Sequence record: MW269952.1
From: Escherichia phage P479
Length of the DNA: 64,000 nt
Reading direction: 5' to 3' (one strand)
The notes below the pieces were generated by a model, which saw only the letters and a list, made by a program, of their open reading frames with translations, had not been told where the DNA came from and ran no database searches. Below are positions 51,842-62,958 of this stretch, in pieces. Within the stretch, counting starts at the first letter, position 1; the number at the start of each line of letters is the position of its first letter. A program made the position numbers and the translations under genes.

Positions 51842-53788
51842 TTATAGTGTAATTGGTTCAAGGTCAATCTTTGTATATTGCGGACGAAGGTCATTCTCAA
51901 ATACAATCAGTGAACCATCTTGCGTGTATATATTATCTTGGTTAGGACTTGCATAAAGTTCGATTGATTGAACTTCAAAGCGGTCGGAGGTCAATCCAAT
52001 CGCAGCGATATCCCAAAAAATATAATCAGAGTAATAGTCAATTTCGCCAATTGCGTAATAAACTGTTTGGTCAGCCGGAGCTTCCATTTTATTAAAGTCA
52101 TCTTGCAGGTAAGGCTGGATGTTTACATTTTCAATAACATCGCCTGGACGGAATGGACCAATTACCATTTTACCATCACCACGAGAATCTTTATCAGTTG
52201 CAACAATGCGAACGTTATAGGCTTCACCCGTGGTCGGAACAAATTCAAATTCACTTGATTCGACTGAACGGTTGCCATACTGGTTATAGTATTTAATGCC
52301 GGATTCTGGAGTCTTAAAGAAGTTCAGGACTTCACGCACCATCGAAATGGTTGCAGATGAACCAAGAATACTATGGTCAGTATTATCCACATACGTAAGC
52401 ATTTTTGACTTAGCAAAACTTCTGTTAAAGATTTCAACTTCATCGATATAATAACGGTCAATCTGATTAATGATTTGTGCTTGCAGCCATTGTTCAGATT
52501 CTTGTAATTTGTTCAGCGCATAAGATACTTTGATATTATGTTTAAGGAACAAATAATCCGGAGAAATTACCGAGGGTGTAATTGTTGATACGTTGAACTC
52601 ACTAAGATAGTTCTGGATGTCCTCACGCTGCACTGCAGTGAGATACAAACCCGATTTAGGCTTAACTGATATAAACGCATACCCAGGCTTATTTGCGTCT
52701 GTAAACGTCTGTACGGCTTGCACGATTGAGCCAAATCTTTCGGATACAAAGGTATCATAATCTGTTCCGGTGACAGCACGCATCTGCGCTTCACGTTTAA
52801 CAACAGCCAGTTCACGGATACGTTCGATATCTTCTGGGTCACCACCGCCATCGGCACCGACATAATCAGGGTCGTCATTGTAGTTTTCAGTAATTTTATC
52901 CACTGTGATATAAGACAAAGTATCGGCATAACTGAAATCAACAGCACCGTTTGCATCGGCCCCTGAGGTACGAAGATATTCAATAACAATTGTCGAATCT
53001 TGCACAGGTTTGAGACCGCCAATATAGTTGGCTTCCATAACGCCGCCGGCTACGGATTTGGTGGATTCACCTTCACCAAAGAAAAATTCAGTATAGCCAT
53101 CGATTGTTTCACGCATATAAAATATGGTGGAGGTCGAACCAGCATGGACCATTGATTTGTTCGTCCAGTCAACCCACTCAACACCGTTCACATATAACTT
53201 AACTTCTTTGCGGTCGATATCCGGGTCGCGAATAAGAATAGGTTGTTTCGGGTCATATAAAAGTTCTGTACGAATAATACGGCCCTGGGCTAGAGATACA
53301 ATCGGAAGGTATTGGTTGTTAATATCTTTAACCGCAATAACGTTTTCCGTGGTAACAAAAACATAAGGGTCAGCTGATGTATCACGAGCATATGCCAGGA
53401 ATTTAGTTCCTCGTGGGATTTCAATATTCGATGGTTGCAGAGCATGAGAACATGTCAACATAACCGAAGTCTTTGCGGCCGAACGTGAAGATGGAAGATA
53501 TCCATTATCCTGTGCTGCCTGAACAACCGAAGACCTTAAGTTTGCAGTTCCGATAAATGATTCATAAACTGCCGTGTTAGCAAACTGCTGCATATACAAT
53601 GTATTATATGCAAGCATGTCAATCAGGATATTCATTCGCGAACCTACGAAATCATAATCCTTAAATTCATCCTGGCTTGATAACCAGTCGATGATATTCT
53701 TTTTAATTTCTTCAAACGTAGCTCCCACAAATACTTTTGGGATAGCGTTAACGGTTCTTGTTAATTGGTAATTCGTAGGAGTAGCCAT
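51842..53788 (-). CDS. 6: baseplate wedge protein gp6
   Basis: 648 aa (T4 gp6 660 aa); synteny. Confidence 0.85.
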   Translation of the reverse strand: MATPTNYQLTRTVNAIPKVFVGATFEEIKKNIIDWLSSQDEFKDYDFVGSRMNILIDMLAYNTLYMQQFANTAVYESFIGTANLRSSVVQAAQDNGYLPSSRSAAKTSVMLTCSHALQPSNIEIPRGTKFLAYARDTSADPYVFVTTENVIAVKDINNQYLPIVSLAQGRIIRTELLYDPKQPILIRDPDIDRKEVKLYVNGVEWVDWTNKSMVHAGSTSTIFYMRETIDGYTEFFFGEGESTKSVAGGVMEANYIGGLKPVQDSTIVIEYLRTSGADANGAVDFSYADTLSYITVDKITENYNDDPDYVGADGGGDPEDIERIRELAVVKREAQMRAVTGTDYDTFVSERFGSIVQAVQTFTDANKPGYAFISVKPKSGLYLTAVQREDIQNYLSEFNVSTITPSVISPDYLFLKHNIKVSYALNKLQESEQWLQAQIINQIDRYYIDEVEIFNRSFAKSKMLTYVDNTDHSILGSSATISMVREVLNFFKTPESGIKYYNQYGNRSVESSEFEFVPTTGEAYNVRIVATDKDSRGDGKMVIGPFRPGDVIENVNIQPYLQDDFNKMEAPADQTVYYAIGEIDYYSDYIFWDIAAIGLTSDRFEVQSIELYASPNQDNIYTQDGSLIVFENDLRPQYTKIDLEPITL

Positions 53789-53796
53789 TTTATTTC

Positions 53797-54090
53797 CTAT
53801 TTTATAAAGACTTTTGATGAGGCTTGAGCCACAGTATCACCACATGAAATTGGGTCTGCCATTTGAACAGCTTTCTTACCGGTAACAAATACTTTTGATG
53901 TGCGCGGTTGTGTTACTCCGCCGTGAGTTTCATATGGTTTTTTAATTTCGGTATGCTCGGTAATAGGGTCTCCGGCAACTAACACCGGAATTCCCCCGGT
54001 GAATACTTTACCTTGAGTTGCATTAATTACAGTCGGTGGCCATGCTTCGTGGCCTGCTGTAACACATTGATTGAAACTTAATCCAGCCAT
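53797..54090 (-). CDS. 5.4: PAAR-repeat spike-tip protein gp5.4
   Basis: 97 aa; position downstream of gene 5; size equal to T4 gp5.4. Confidence 0.7.
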   Translation of the reverse strand: MAGLSFNQCVTAGHEAWPPTVINATQGKVFTGGIPVLVAGDPITEHTEIKKPYETHGGVTQPRTSKVFVTGKKAVQMADPISCGDTVAQASSKVFIK

Positions 54091-54611
54091 TAATCCCTCG
54101 CGTATACGTATGAACGCAGTTTATCTGCCCATCTTGACCAGTTGCCAACGATAGTTTTTGTGTAAACTTTTGTCATTGTTTTTCTTACTGGAGCAGGAGG
54201 TGGGTCGGTCTCATTACCTGCACGGCTATTACTGCCGCCAGAGCTCCCTGTGTCTCCACCAGAGCTCTCTTCTTGAAAGTCATAGGTCAGGGTTACCGTG
54301 TATGAAAAGACCTTCTGGAGGCTCGCTGGGGCCCTCCAGAGATACAATTGAGTACTCTTATCGGTAGGAAGGTCTTCCCATGAACCGGCAGTTTTGAATT
54401 CATCATTAAGCCGATATTTAAGTGCATCATCTGCGAATCCGAACACGGATTCGTAAACACCATAAAGATGATTCTCCTCAACATTAACGCCAGGGGTGGC
54501 CTCATATTCAGTTATATTTATTTCGACTAATGTTTCGTTTGTTTCTAATTGAGCTGTAAACGTAACATCGATTGAGGCTCCTTCCATGGAGTCTCCTAAG
54601 TCAGTGCTCAT
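54090..54611 (-). CDS. hypothetical protein (gene 5.1 position)
   Basis: ORF 54090-54671; start at the internal ATG placed just after the gene 5 stop. Confidence 0.45.
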   Translation of the reverse strand: MSTDLGDSMEGASIDVTFTAQLETNETLVEINITEYEATPGVNVEENHLYGVYESVFGFADDALKYRLNDEFKTAGSWEDLPTDKSTQLYLWRAPASLQKVFSYTVTLTYDFQEESSGGDTGSSGGSNSRAGNETDPPPAPVRKTMTKVYTKTIVGNWSRWADKLRSYVYARD

Positions 54612-54621
54612 TGGAAGTATA

Positions 54622-56364
54622 TTAGCCAATGTCAATCCTCGAACCATCAATAGTATATTGACCAGATGCAATAGAACTCATTGTTGACATTGTTTCGGAC
54701 CAATTGCCAGCCACGGTCATATCAACGTTTCCATTAACGGACCATTTGACATTACCATTTACCGTATAATCATGGTTACCTTCGACAAGAGTTTTTGCGT
54801 CACCTTTAACAGTTATTTCAGCATTACCTTCGACCAGAATACTTACATTACCTTTGACAATAATTGTACCGTCACCTTCAATGGTTTTGGTTTCATTCCC
54901 ACGAATATGAATGCTTTCGTTTCCATCGGTCTGACGACGAACGTTAGCCATATTGTAATAGGTTTCATCACCACCAACGTTGACTTTATTATTACCACCA
55001 ACATAAGTACTCGAATCACCCTGGGTCATATAATAACCATCAGCTACAGTCTTCGAAGTCTTACGACCATCCGGTGCAACTTCCTCGTAGGAACCGGTCG
55101 GGTGAATCAGTCGATAACGTTCTTGTCCAGGGGTGTTATCGAATTCCTGAACATGTCCGCCTTCAGTTTGCATTGTCTGCACATAAGGATATTCGCCCTT
55201 GTAACTGGATTCTGGCTCTTTAAATAGAATCCTCGTATCTTCTGGAGTCCACGGGTCGGCTGGGTCAGAATTTGTAGGGGCTGCAAAGGTTTGAATCATC
55301 CTATATGAACGTCCTTTAAATGACATTTCTTTAGGGGCCATAATACCATATGATTCCATGTTACCTGTGAGGATAATCATTGATACCCTTGATGCACGGC
55401 CTTTAGTTTGGTTAAACCATACAGAATCACGAGCGGCATCAAATGCTTTCTTATAATCTCCGGCTAACATTGCAGCGAGCATCGTTTTAAATTTAGCAAG
55501 CCCACTCAATCCCATTTGGAAAGCCATGTTTTCAAGAGCCATTTGTCTCGAACGGTTTTCTTTATTGTAAACTGGACCCACAACACTATGCCGGCCTATA
55601 TCGTTTTGTACTTTTTTAAGGTCTTCTTGGAATAATTTAGAGGCCTCGTCCATTGATATTGCACCAGGGTTACCTTTAACTTCACGACCTATTTGATTAG
55701 ATAATATTTTGTTTATCTGATTCATATCTCTAATAGGTTGTGGTGCAATTAAGTGTCCTATACCTATAGTAGGATAACCTTCGGTGTCCCAATATACTTT
55801 CAAACGAAGACCTTCATCACGGTGAAGCATATTTTCAATTGTGAAATTAGGATTATCATCTGGCTTAACTTGACTCAAATCAAGGCCATCGGGGTTAATA
55901 CCAAGGTCAAGGTTTGCATCCTGAATTACGTTCGAAGTTGCATCATAACCGACCTCACCGCCTCGGTTGAGCGCAGCAGCATCATTACCTACATAAAGTG
56001 GATATTGTCCTGTTGGGTCAGAGAATCCTTCGTTGGGATTTGCTTTTTGTCTTGAGGCTGAACCATATGTACCAATAACAAGCCCGTTGAGTTTCCACTT
56101 GTCTAAAAAGTGACCATATACTTGAGTCCCTGGCACCATACCGGTCATTGCAGTTTGAATACCAGAAACTGATGCAGATGATGTTGGCATCAATACAGAC
56201 ATCCATGGCAGGTCTTCAGTTCTGATACCTTTTACAGGCCCTTGCGATTTCTCATATGGATGCATACCCCATACACGAACACGAACACGACCTTGTTGAA
56301 GTGGGTCCATTCGGTCTTCGACAACACCGACGAACCAACTTACATTATCTGACATATTAATCAT
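54622..56364 (-). CDS. 5: baseplate central spike with tail lysozyme domain gp5
   Basis: 580 aa (T4 gp5 575 aa); C-terminal beta-helix repeats (VxGxxxxxV-type periodicity); synteny. Confidence 0.85.
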   Translation of the reverse strand: MINMSDNVSWFVGVVEDRMDPLQQGRVRVRVWGMHPYEKSQGPVKGIRTEDLPWMSVLMPTSSASVSGIQTAMTGMVPGTQVYGHFLDKWKLNGLVIGTYGSASRQKANPNEGFSDPTGQYPLYVGNDAAALNRGGEVGYDATSNVIQDANLDLGINPDGLDLSQVKPDDNPNFTIENMLHRDEGLRLKVYWDTEGYPTIGIGHLIAPQPIRDMNQINKILSNQIGREVKGNPGAISMDEASKLFQEDLKKVQNDIGRHSVVGPVYNKENRSRQMALENMAFQMGLSGLAKFKTMLAAMLAGDYKKAFDAARDSVWFNQTKGRASRVSMIILTGNMESYGIMAPKEMSFKGRSYRMIQTFAAPTNSDPADPWTPEDTRILFKEPESSYKGEYPYVQTMQTEGGHVQEFDNTPGQERYRLIHPTGSYEEVAPDGRKTSKTVADGYYMTQGDSSTYVGGNNKVNVGGDETYYNMANVRRQTDGNESIHIRGNETKTIEGDGTIIVKGNVSILVEGNAEITVKGDAKTLVEGNHDYTVNGNVKWSVNGNVDMTVAGNWSETMSTMSSIASGQYTIDGSRIDIG

Positions 56365-56996
56365 AATGCCTTCCTCTGTTTTAAAATATTTTTAACTATG
56401 GAAATATTATGCTCACATATATTTCGATTGAATTGGTAAAAATCAAATCCTAACTTTTTAATATGTCGAGACACATAACGGGTTTCAACCGACGTTGGTA
56501 TAAACCCCATGTTCTTAGTTATTGTCTGCTCATTTTCAAAATGCTTTTTAAGCTTATCAGAAAGAATCTTCTTTTTCTCTTCTGAACATTTTTTGCCATA
56601 ATTTGGTGCATTTACTCCATGCTGGTCTCGCTTTTTTCCATACATGGGATTATTTTTACCTGAGTTATTTGCACTCATAATATCTTTAGTTTTCTGGCTA
56701 TGTTTTCGACCTTTAAAGTTATCATGTTTTAAAAATCCACCGGAGCCGCCTGGTTTTAAATTGTATGAGTTTTCATTAAGAACAACAAGTTCCTTTTCAA
56801 GTTCATACATTTCTTGTTTGGAATCAACAAATTTTAATATTTCTTTTTTGAAATTTTCAATGCCATATTTTAGTATGGCACGTTTAATTAATTTACCTGA
56901 GCCCATATATCCATCATCCATATTTGATGTACTATGCGCCCCGATATAAAATTTGCCGTTAATATTATTGGTTATTTTATATACATAATAAAACAT
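56361..56996 (-). CDS. GIY-YIG homing endonuclease (Seg-like) inserted between genes 53 and 5
   Basis: N-terminus YYVYKITNNINGKFYIGAHS is a GIY-YIG motif; NUMOD3-like repeats (NPMYGKK, NAPNYGKK); start and stop overlap the neighbouring genes. Confidence 0.75.
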   Translation of the reverse strand: MFYYVYKITNNINGKFYIGAHSTSNMDDGYMGSGKLIKRAILKYGIENFKKEILKFVDSKQEMYELEKELVVLNENSYNLKPGGSGGFLKHDNFKGRKHSQKTKDIMSANNSGKNNPMYGKKRDQHGVNAPNYGKKCSEEKKKILSDKLKKHFENEQTITKNMGFIPTSVETRYVSRHIKKLGFDFYQFNRNICEHNISIVKNILKQRKAL

Positions 56997-57598
56997 TAGA
57001 GTGCCTTTTCCATTTCACGGATTAATGCCGAAATAAATGATTCGATATCATTAGGGTCGATTATCTTTATTTCTCGTTTATATTCATTTTTACGAATAGC
57101 ATCTTCATAGATATCTACTGCAGCTAATGGACCTTCATATTGTGGGTACAATTTATTCTTATCACCTTTATCATACCAGGTGTACGGATTATCAGGATAA
57201 GAAACAAGATTCCAGAATTTTTCACCATCTTCATTTACATGATAAAGAACCTGATTACCACCTATATTCGAATAGCGTTGAATTGATGCCTGATACGATG
57301 ATTCTTGTGAACATATCCAACCATAATACGGGTCATAGATATCATTAAGCATAAGGAGAACCCAATAGAGTTGAGTATTACCATAGAGCTGATATGCAAG
57401 TTCTTCAGGTCTTGGAGCTCCAGCGATGTAATATGTTTTCGGTGTATAATTAACCGCAACCTTATCAAAATAGGCGCGATAGTTTCTGAAGATGTCAGTC
57501 ATTGGGATGCTTAAGACGTCTTCTTTCGTTAATGATGCCGAGTTTTTTCTGATTGTTTTAGCATCATAATCAATTGGGTTAAAAAATGAAAAAAGCAT
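56996..57598 (-). CDS. 53: baseplate wedge protein gp53
   Basis: Start at the internal ATG (MLFSFFNPIDYDAKT...) matching the recalled T4 gp53 N-terminus. Confidence 0.8.
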   Translation of the reverse strand: MLFSFFNPIDYDAKTIRKNSASLTKEDVLSIPMTDIFRNYRAYFDKVAVNYTPKTYYIAGAPRPEELAYQLYGNTQLYWVLLMLNDIYDPYYGWICSQESSYQASIQRYSNIGGNQVLYHVNEDGEKFWNLVSYPDNPYTWYDKGDKNKLYPQYEGPLAAVDIYEDAIRKNEYKREIKIIDPNDIESFISALIREMEKAL

Positions 57599-57610
57599 AA
57601 AGCCTCCATT

Positions 57611-57618
57611 TATAAATA
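57611..57618 (+). promoter_or_regulatory. T4-type late promoter for gene 4
   Basis: tataaata 28 nt upstream of the gene 4 ATG, with RBS aggagg. Confidence 0.55.
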
Positions 57619-57646
57619 AGTATATCAATATTTATTAGGAGGCTAT

Positions 57647-58099
57647 ATGGCATACTCCGGGAAATGGCAACCTAAAAACGTTGCAAAGTACAAAGGAGAC
57701 TGGAAGAAAATTACCTACAGGTCAAACTGGGAAAAATTTGTATTTAACTGGTTGGATAATCATCCAGATGTGGTGCAATGGGGGTCAGAGACCGTTATCA
57801 TTCCATATTTTAGTAATGCGGATGGTAAAAAACGCAGGTATTACATGGATATGTGGGTAAAATTTTCAAATGGTCAACAATTTTTCTTTGAGGTTAAACC
57901 CAAAAAGGAAACAAGACCTCCAGCAAAACCAGTTAATACGACCGCTGCGAGCAAGAAGAGATTTATGAACGAAATGTATGTTTGGGCTGTTAATTCGGAT
58001 AAATGGAAAGCCGCTCAAGCTGTAGCTGATAAAATGGGCATCCAATTTAGATTGATTACTGAAGATGCACTTAGGAAAATGGGTTATAAGGGTTTATAA
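57647..58099 (+). CDS. 4: head completion protein gp4
   Basis: 150 aa; MAYSGKWQPKNVAKYKGDWKKITYRSNWEKF... matches recalled T4 gp4; divergent from gene 53 as in T4. Confidence 0.75.
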   Translation: MAYSGKWQPKNVAKYKGDWKKITYRSNWEKFVFNWLDNHPDVVQWGSETVIIPYFSNADGKKRRYYMDMWVKFSNGQQFFFEVKPKKETRPPAKPVNTTAASKKRFMNEMYVWAVNSDKWKAAQAVADKMGIQFRLITEDALRKMGYKGL

Positions 58100-58746
58100 T
58101 GTATACGGTATATCAAATAACAAATAAAATTAATAACAAAATTTACATCGGTGTGCACAAAACCGACAATATCGATGACAAGTATATGGGCACAGGGAAA
58201 TTAATATTAAAAGCTCATAAAAAATATGGTATTGAAAATTTTCAAAAGGATATTTTATTTGTTTTTGATTCCATCAATGAATCAGAGAACGAAAATTTAG
58301 CCTTTGCTAAAGAGGCTGATTTAGTCGACCAAGAATTTGTTAATCGGCCCGACACGTACAACATTGATTTGGGTGGTAGAGGCGGTCGCGGCCGCTCCGC
58401 TTCTGTTAGAAAACGTATTGGTGATGCCCAGCGAGGAAAACCTGGTAAAAAACCATCAAAAGAATCTCGTTTAAAAATGAGTTTGGCACACAAGGGTAAA
58501 AAATTATCCGAAGAACATAAGATAAAAATTGGCAATGCTGGCCGTGGTAAAAAGCGTCCTGAAAGTGCAAATGAAGCGGTTAGACAACATTTATTAGGGG
58601 TTCCTCGTAAAGAAGAACATAAAAATAATATGAGAATTGGTTTTCTAAATACACCTACCAAAATATGTCCACACTGTGGATTAGAATGCAAACCAGCCCC
58701 ATTTAAAAGATGGCATGGCGATAATTGCAAAGCGAGGAAAGGATGA
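58099..58746 (+). CDS. GIY-YIG homing endonuclease (Seg-like) inserted between genes 4 and 2
   Basis: N-terminus [19 protein letters not shown] is a GIY-YIG motif; NUMOD3-like repeats; C-terminal CPHCG...HGDNC zinc-finger-like; overlaps the gene 4 stop and gene 2 start. Confidence 0.75.
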   Translation: MYTVYQITNKINNKIYIGVHKTDNIDDKYMGTGKLILKAHKKYGIENFQKDILFVFDSINESENENLAFAKEADLVDQEFVNRPDTYNIDLGGRGGRGRSASVRKRIGDAQRGKPGKKPSKESRLKMSLAHKGKKLSEEHKIKIGNAGRGKKRPESANEAVRQHLLGVPRKEEHKNNMRIGFLNTPTKICPHCGLECKPAPFKRWHGDNCKARKG

Positions 58747-59570
58747 GTATTTTTACATTTATCAATGAATCTGCAGATAAACCAGGTCCGAAACCCAGTA
58801 AATCAGAACAACAATGGGTTGAAATAGGGGTTGAATTTTATACAGCAAAAGAAAAGGGAATGACCTCGAAGAAGTTTGCTGAAGAGAAAGGAATCAACTA
58901 TTCGACCTTTACCAAAAGCATGTCAAGATATCATTCGAGAATTCAGACTGCTTATAAAGTATCCAAGCTCAAAAAGAAACCTGCCGGTAAACTTACGAAG
59001 GCTGAACGTCAGCTGATAATGGTGAATAGCTTTAGAAAGAGCATAAGAGATAAGATTGCTAACGAAGGCGCTGCAAGCAACACCAAATCTGCCAGATGGT
59101 TCGCTGAGACAATTAAGAAATCAGTTCGTGGTCACGTAACGGCTAAACCTCAACCGGGTAAGATTTATGCTTATATCTATGATGCAAAGCATAAGGATAC
59201 TCTTCCGTACTGGGATAAATATCCGTTAATCATTTATCTTGGGCTAGGTAAGCACAATTTGATGTATGGTTTGAACTTGCACTATATTCCACCGAAGGCA
59301 CGTCAAGAGTTCCTTGAGGAACTTCTTAAGCAATATGCTAATACTCCTACGATTACGAACAAGACTCATCTGAAGATTGATTGGTCAAAGGTGAAGGGAT
59401 TTAAAGGGGCTGACCAGATGATTAAAGCATATATACCTGGCAATATAAAAGGTACTATTACTGAAATCAAGCCCAGCGACTGGGCAAACGTTGTATTACT
59501 CCCCCTTCAGCAGTTTTTTTCAAAAGGCAAAAGATTTTCTTCACAGAAAGTATGGAGAAATTCACTTTGA
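58743..59570 (+). CDS. 2: DNA end protector protein gp2
   Basis: About 275 aa from the internal ATG (T4 gp2 274 aa); synteny 4-2-3-1. Confidence 0.75.
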   Translation: MSIFTFINESADKPGPKPSKSEQQWVEIGVEFYTAKEKGMTSKKFAEEKGINYSTFTKSMSRYHSRIQTAYKVSKLKKKPAGKLTKAERQLIMVNSFRKSIRDKIANEGAASNTKSARWFAETIKKSVRGHVTAKPQPGKIYAYIYDAKHKDTLPYWDKYPLIIYLGLGKHNLMYGLNLHYIPPKARQEFLEELLKQYANTPTITNKTHLKIDWSKVKGFKGADQMIKAYIPGNIKGTITEIKPSDWANVVLLPLQQFFSKGKRFSSQKVWRNSL

Positions 59571-60226
59571 ATTATCAGTTTATATATTCATCGTTAATTG
59601 AAAGGGCCCGTAACAGGGCCCTGATTTCATATAAAGAATCTCATCACATCATTCCGAAATGTATGGGCGGTTCAAATGCTCCGGATAACCTAGTCGATTT
59701 GACTCCCGAAGAACATTATGTAGCCCATCAACTATTGGTTAAAATATATCCTACAAATCCAGGTTTAAGTTTTGCTGCCACATCTATGAGCCAGTCAAGC
59801 AAGTATTTGAAACGCAATAATAAATTATTTGGCTGGTTAAGACGCAGACACGCTGACAATATTTCTAAAAGCCAAACCGGTAAAGTTTACTTTAATAATG
59901 GTGTCAAATCGATAAAACTATTTCCATGGGAAGATGTTCCGGATGGGTTTGTCAAAGGAAGACATTACAGTCCAACCAAGGGTACAAAACATTCTCGCAA
60001 TAATGGACATTTTAAAAATAAAGAGATTCAGGATGAATTGAGAAAGCGCCGGTGGGAAAAAGATAGGCAAGAAATGTGTAAAAACTTCGGAGTTGATACC
60101 ATCGAGCAAGCTCGAGAGTTGGTCCTAGCATATAAAAAGGAATTGCATCCTCGATACTGGGTAAAGCCAATGTTGGAACGTTATCCGTTTATGACTAAGC
60201 TAAGACTTAACACATTAATAAAATAA
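59552..60226 (+). CDS. HNH-family homing endonuclease (Mob-like) inserted between genes 2 and 3
   Basis: [30 protein letters not shown] motif; paralogous to 20422-21207 and to the partial gene at 1-118; overlaps the gene 2 3' end. Confidence 0.7.
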   Translation: MEKFTLNYQFIYSSLIERARNRALISYKESHHIIPKCMGGSNAPDNLVDLTPEEHYVAHQLLVKIYPTNPGLSFAATSMSQSSKYLKRNNKLFGWLRRRHADNISKSQTGKVYFNNGVKSIKLFPWEDVPDGFVKGRHYSPTKGTKHSRNNGHFKNKEIQDELRKRRWEKDRQEMCKNFGVDTIEQARELVLAYKKELHPRYWVKPMLERYPFMTKLRLNTLIK

Positions 60227-60261
60227 TCTATTATCGGTCAGTGTTATTGGTATGGACAAAA

Positions 60262-60298
60262 GGTCTAGAACCATTATAACACTGATTGTTTTAAAGCA
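60262..60298 (-). promoter_or_regulatory. middle-promoter-like element on - strand (TGCTTTA box, TATAAT, GGTTCTAGACC), antisense to the upstream HNH gene
   Basis: Reverse complement reads tttgctttaaaacaatcagtgtTATAATggttctagacc, with the same box-to-TATAAT spacing as the other family members. Confidence 0.4.
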
Positions 60299-60311
60299 AA
60301 CAAGGCGCACT

Positions 60312-60911
60312 ATGTCAGGTTTATATAATCAAACTAACACGACTAACTTTATATTAGAGGTAAGCGATTCAAACCTCACACAGACCTTTAAACTCAACGT
60401 TCAAGACGTTACCCTCCCAGGAGTTCACATTCCTGTGACGGATGTCCCTGGGGGAACACAAGGTATAAATCGCTCCAGTCTTCCTGGTAGTACAATAGAA
60501 TTCGACCCGCTGATTGTTAACTTTCTGTGTGACAAAGACCTAAGAGCGTGGCTTGACATCTATAAATGGATGCTCTCGCTCAACAACTACATCACACACG
60601 AATCAAAAGCATGGCATCCGAAAGGTCGTCCCGAAGCGGTCACGCTTCATATCTTAGATAACAACAAGGACAAAATTGTCATGTCAATCCATTACTATGG
60701 AGCATGGCCGTCCGACCTGTCAGAGATTCAGTATTCATATAAAGAAGATTCTGACCCGGCCATCAATGCAACAGCGACTTTTAACTTTAAGTCTTTTGCT
60801 GTAGAAATTGATGGTATAATAATAGAAGGTAGACCACAGATTGATAGTAATGCAACAATGCAACAGGAAATCAGGTCTAAGTCAATGCATCCATCTATGA
60901 GAAACGTATGA
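60312..60911 (+). CDS. 3: tail completion / sheath terminator protein gp3
   Basis: ORF 60252-60911; start placed at the internal ATG 60312 (uncertain); synteny between 2 and 1. Confidence 0.6.
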   Translation: MSGLYNQTNTTNFILEVSDSNLTQTFKLNVQDVTLPGVHIPVTDVPGGTQGINRSSLPGSTIEFDPLIVNFLCDKDLRAWLDIYKWMLSLNNYITHESKAWHPKGRPEAVTLHILDNNKDKIVMSIHYYGAWPSDLSEIQYSYKEDSDPAINATATFNFKSFAVEIDGIIIEGRPQIDSNATMQQEIRSKSMHPSMRNV

Positions 60912-61584
60912 AATTAATTGCGATTGTGGGTAAAAAACGCAGTGGTAAAGATACGACTGCTGATTATGTTATTAGTCAAAACGGAACAAAGTGGCAGCTT
61001 GCAGGTCCGATTAAAGAAGCGCTTTATAAAGCGTGGATTCGTCAAGACCTGCCACACAATTTGACCCTGGAAAATTTTGATGGACAAGGTTACGACCGTG
61101 AAAAAACCTTAATAATGAACAACACCGAAGCTTATATTCTTCTGGTTGATGCTCTTGAATGGTTGAAACAACAATACAATCTTGACCTTCCGAATCCGGA
61201 TATGGTTCGTAAAATTATTGAATTTCACACACTAAATAATGTTGAGCCCTGGACAGTTAGACGTTTCATGCAGACCCTTGGAACTGATATTGTTTGTACA
61301 GAGTTCGACAGCATGTTTTGGATTAAAACTTTTGCCTGCGACTATCTTGACAACCTCTATTCTGGATATAAATATTACGTTGTCCCAGATGTTCGCCAAA
61401 AGAACGAACTTGATTCGCTTCGGGCGATGGGTGCTACAATAATCTTTGTAGAACGCGATGAAGCAAATCATTCTACTGATACACACATTACGGAAGCTGG
61501 ACTTCCACCACTAGCTAGTGACATTGTTATTAAAAACGATGGCACACTCGAAGAACTTTTTGATAAAATTAATAAGGTAATATA

Positions 61585-61585
<1 letters not shown>
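60908..61585 (+). CDS. 1: deoxynucleoside monophosphate kinase gp1
   Basis: MKLIAIVGKKRSGKDTTADYV... P-loop; ...VPDVRQKNELDSLRAMGATIIFV...THITEAGLP... matches recalled T4 gp1. Confidence 0.85.
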
Positions 61586-62276
<691 letters not shown>

Positions 62277-62315
62277 TGTACAAATGAGTGTAGGTGCAGT
62301 ATTATGTTCCTACAC
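62277..62315 (+). promoter_or_regulatory. promoter-containing stem-loop cassette (TGTACA, 17 nt, TATTAT; stem gtgtagg/cctacac)
   Basis: -35-like tgtaca 62277-62282, -10-like tattat 62300-62305 in the loop of a 7-bp stem (62288-62294 / 62309-62315). Confidence 0.5.
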
Positions 62316-62336
62316 CAACGAACAAACGGAGTTAAT

Positions 62337-62669
62337 ATGAACATCAAAACTTACAACGAGTTTTTAGCCGAATCCGCCATCAATGAGACCAAATCAATTG
62401 ATGATAGTGAAGGCTCTCTGAAATTTGGTTTAACCAAAAATGCAGATGGTGTTTTCTTTCAGATTGGTAATGAACGTTTTCAAACGTCCAAATATTCCAA
62501 AGCTGCAGTTGAAGCTGTCCTGAAATCTGGTGGCAAGTGGAAAGGCAAAGAAGGTACTAAAGAAATTGGTATCGCTGTTGACGGTGGTATGGCTTATTTT
62601 AAAATTGGCGATGAACAATTTATTATGTCTGCTCGCGGACGTAAAGAACTGGCAAAACTTTATAAATAA
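62337..62669 (+). CDS. internal-protein-like small protein 1 (CTS-like N-terminus MNIKTYNEFLAE)
   Basis: Internal ATG with RBS ggag; N-terminus fits the T4 capsid targeting sequence pattern ending in a hydrophobic-x-E cleavage motif; internal repeat FFQIGNERF / YFKIGDEQF. Confidence 0.55.
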   Translation: MNIKTYNEFLAESAINETKSIDDSEGSLKFGLTKNADGVFFQIGNERFQTSKYSKAAVEAVLKSGGKWKGKEGTKEIGIAVDGGMAYFKIGDEQFIMSARGRKELAKLYK

Positions 62670-62677
62670 GGTTTCTT

Positions 62678-62950
62678 ATGAAAACTTTCAATGAATTTTT
62701 CAACGAGTCCCAACTGAACGAAGAAGTAAAAATTAGTAAAGCAGTCAAAGCTATGATTGACAATATCAATCACCTGTATAGCATTGACTTAACTGACCAT
62801 ATAACAATTGGCAACAAACGCAACTTTTTCGCGTTTGACATTTCAGAACTTGACCAGAACCAAATTAATAACATTGAGCGATTTGCCAATGACAAGGGTC
62901 TCCGTCATGAGACAGCTGGTTATAAAAAATATGCAATTTATCTAAAATAG
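62678..62950 (+). CDS. internal-protein-like small protein 2 (CTS-like N-terminus MKTFNEFFNE)
   Basis: ORF track, 90 aa; CTS-like N-terminus. Confidence 0.55.
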   Translation: MKTFNEFFNESQLNEEVKISKAVKAMIDNINHLYSIDLTDHITIGNKRNFFAFDISELDQNQINNIERFANDKGLRHETAGYKKYAIYLK

Positions 62951-62958
62951 GATTTCAA

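Noticed and set aside
57605-57618. TATAAATG on the - strand just upstream of gene 53
   Set aside because: Imperfect match, and it overlaps the gene 53 ribosome-binding region only about 12 nt from the ATG; the same stretch is better explained as the + strand late promoter for gene 4.
62662-62669. TATAAATA (late promoter consensus) at the end of internal-protein-like ORF 1, just before ORF 2
   Set aside because: It is formed by the terminal codons tat-aaa-taa and ends only 8 nt before the next ATG, too close to serve as a promoter for ORF 2; most likely coincidental.
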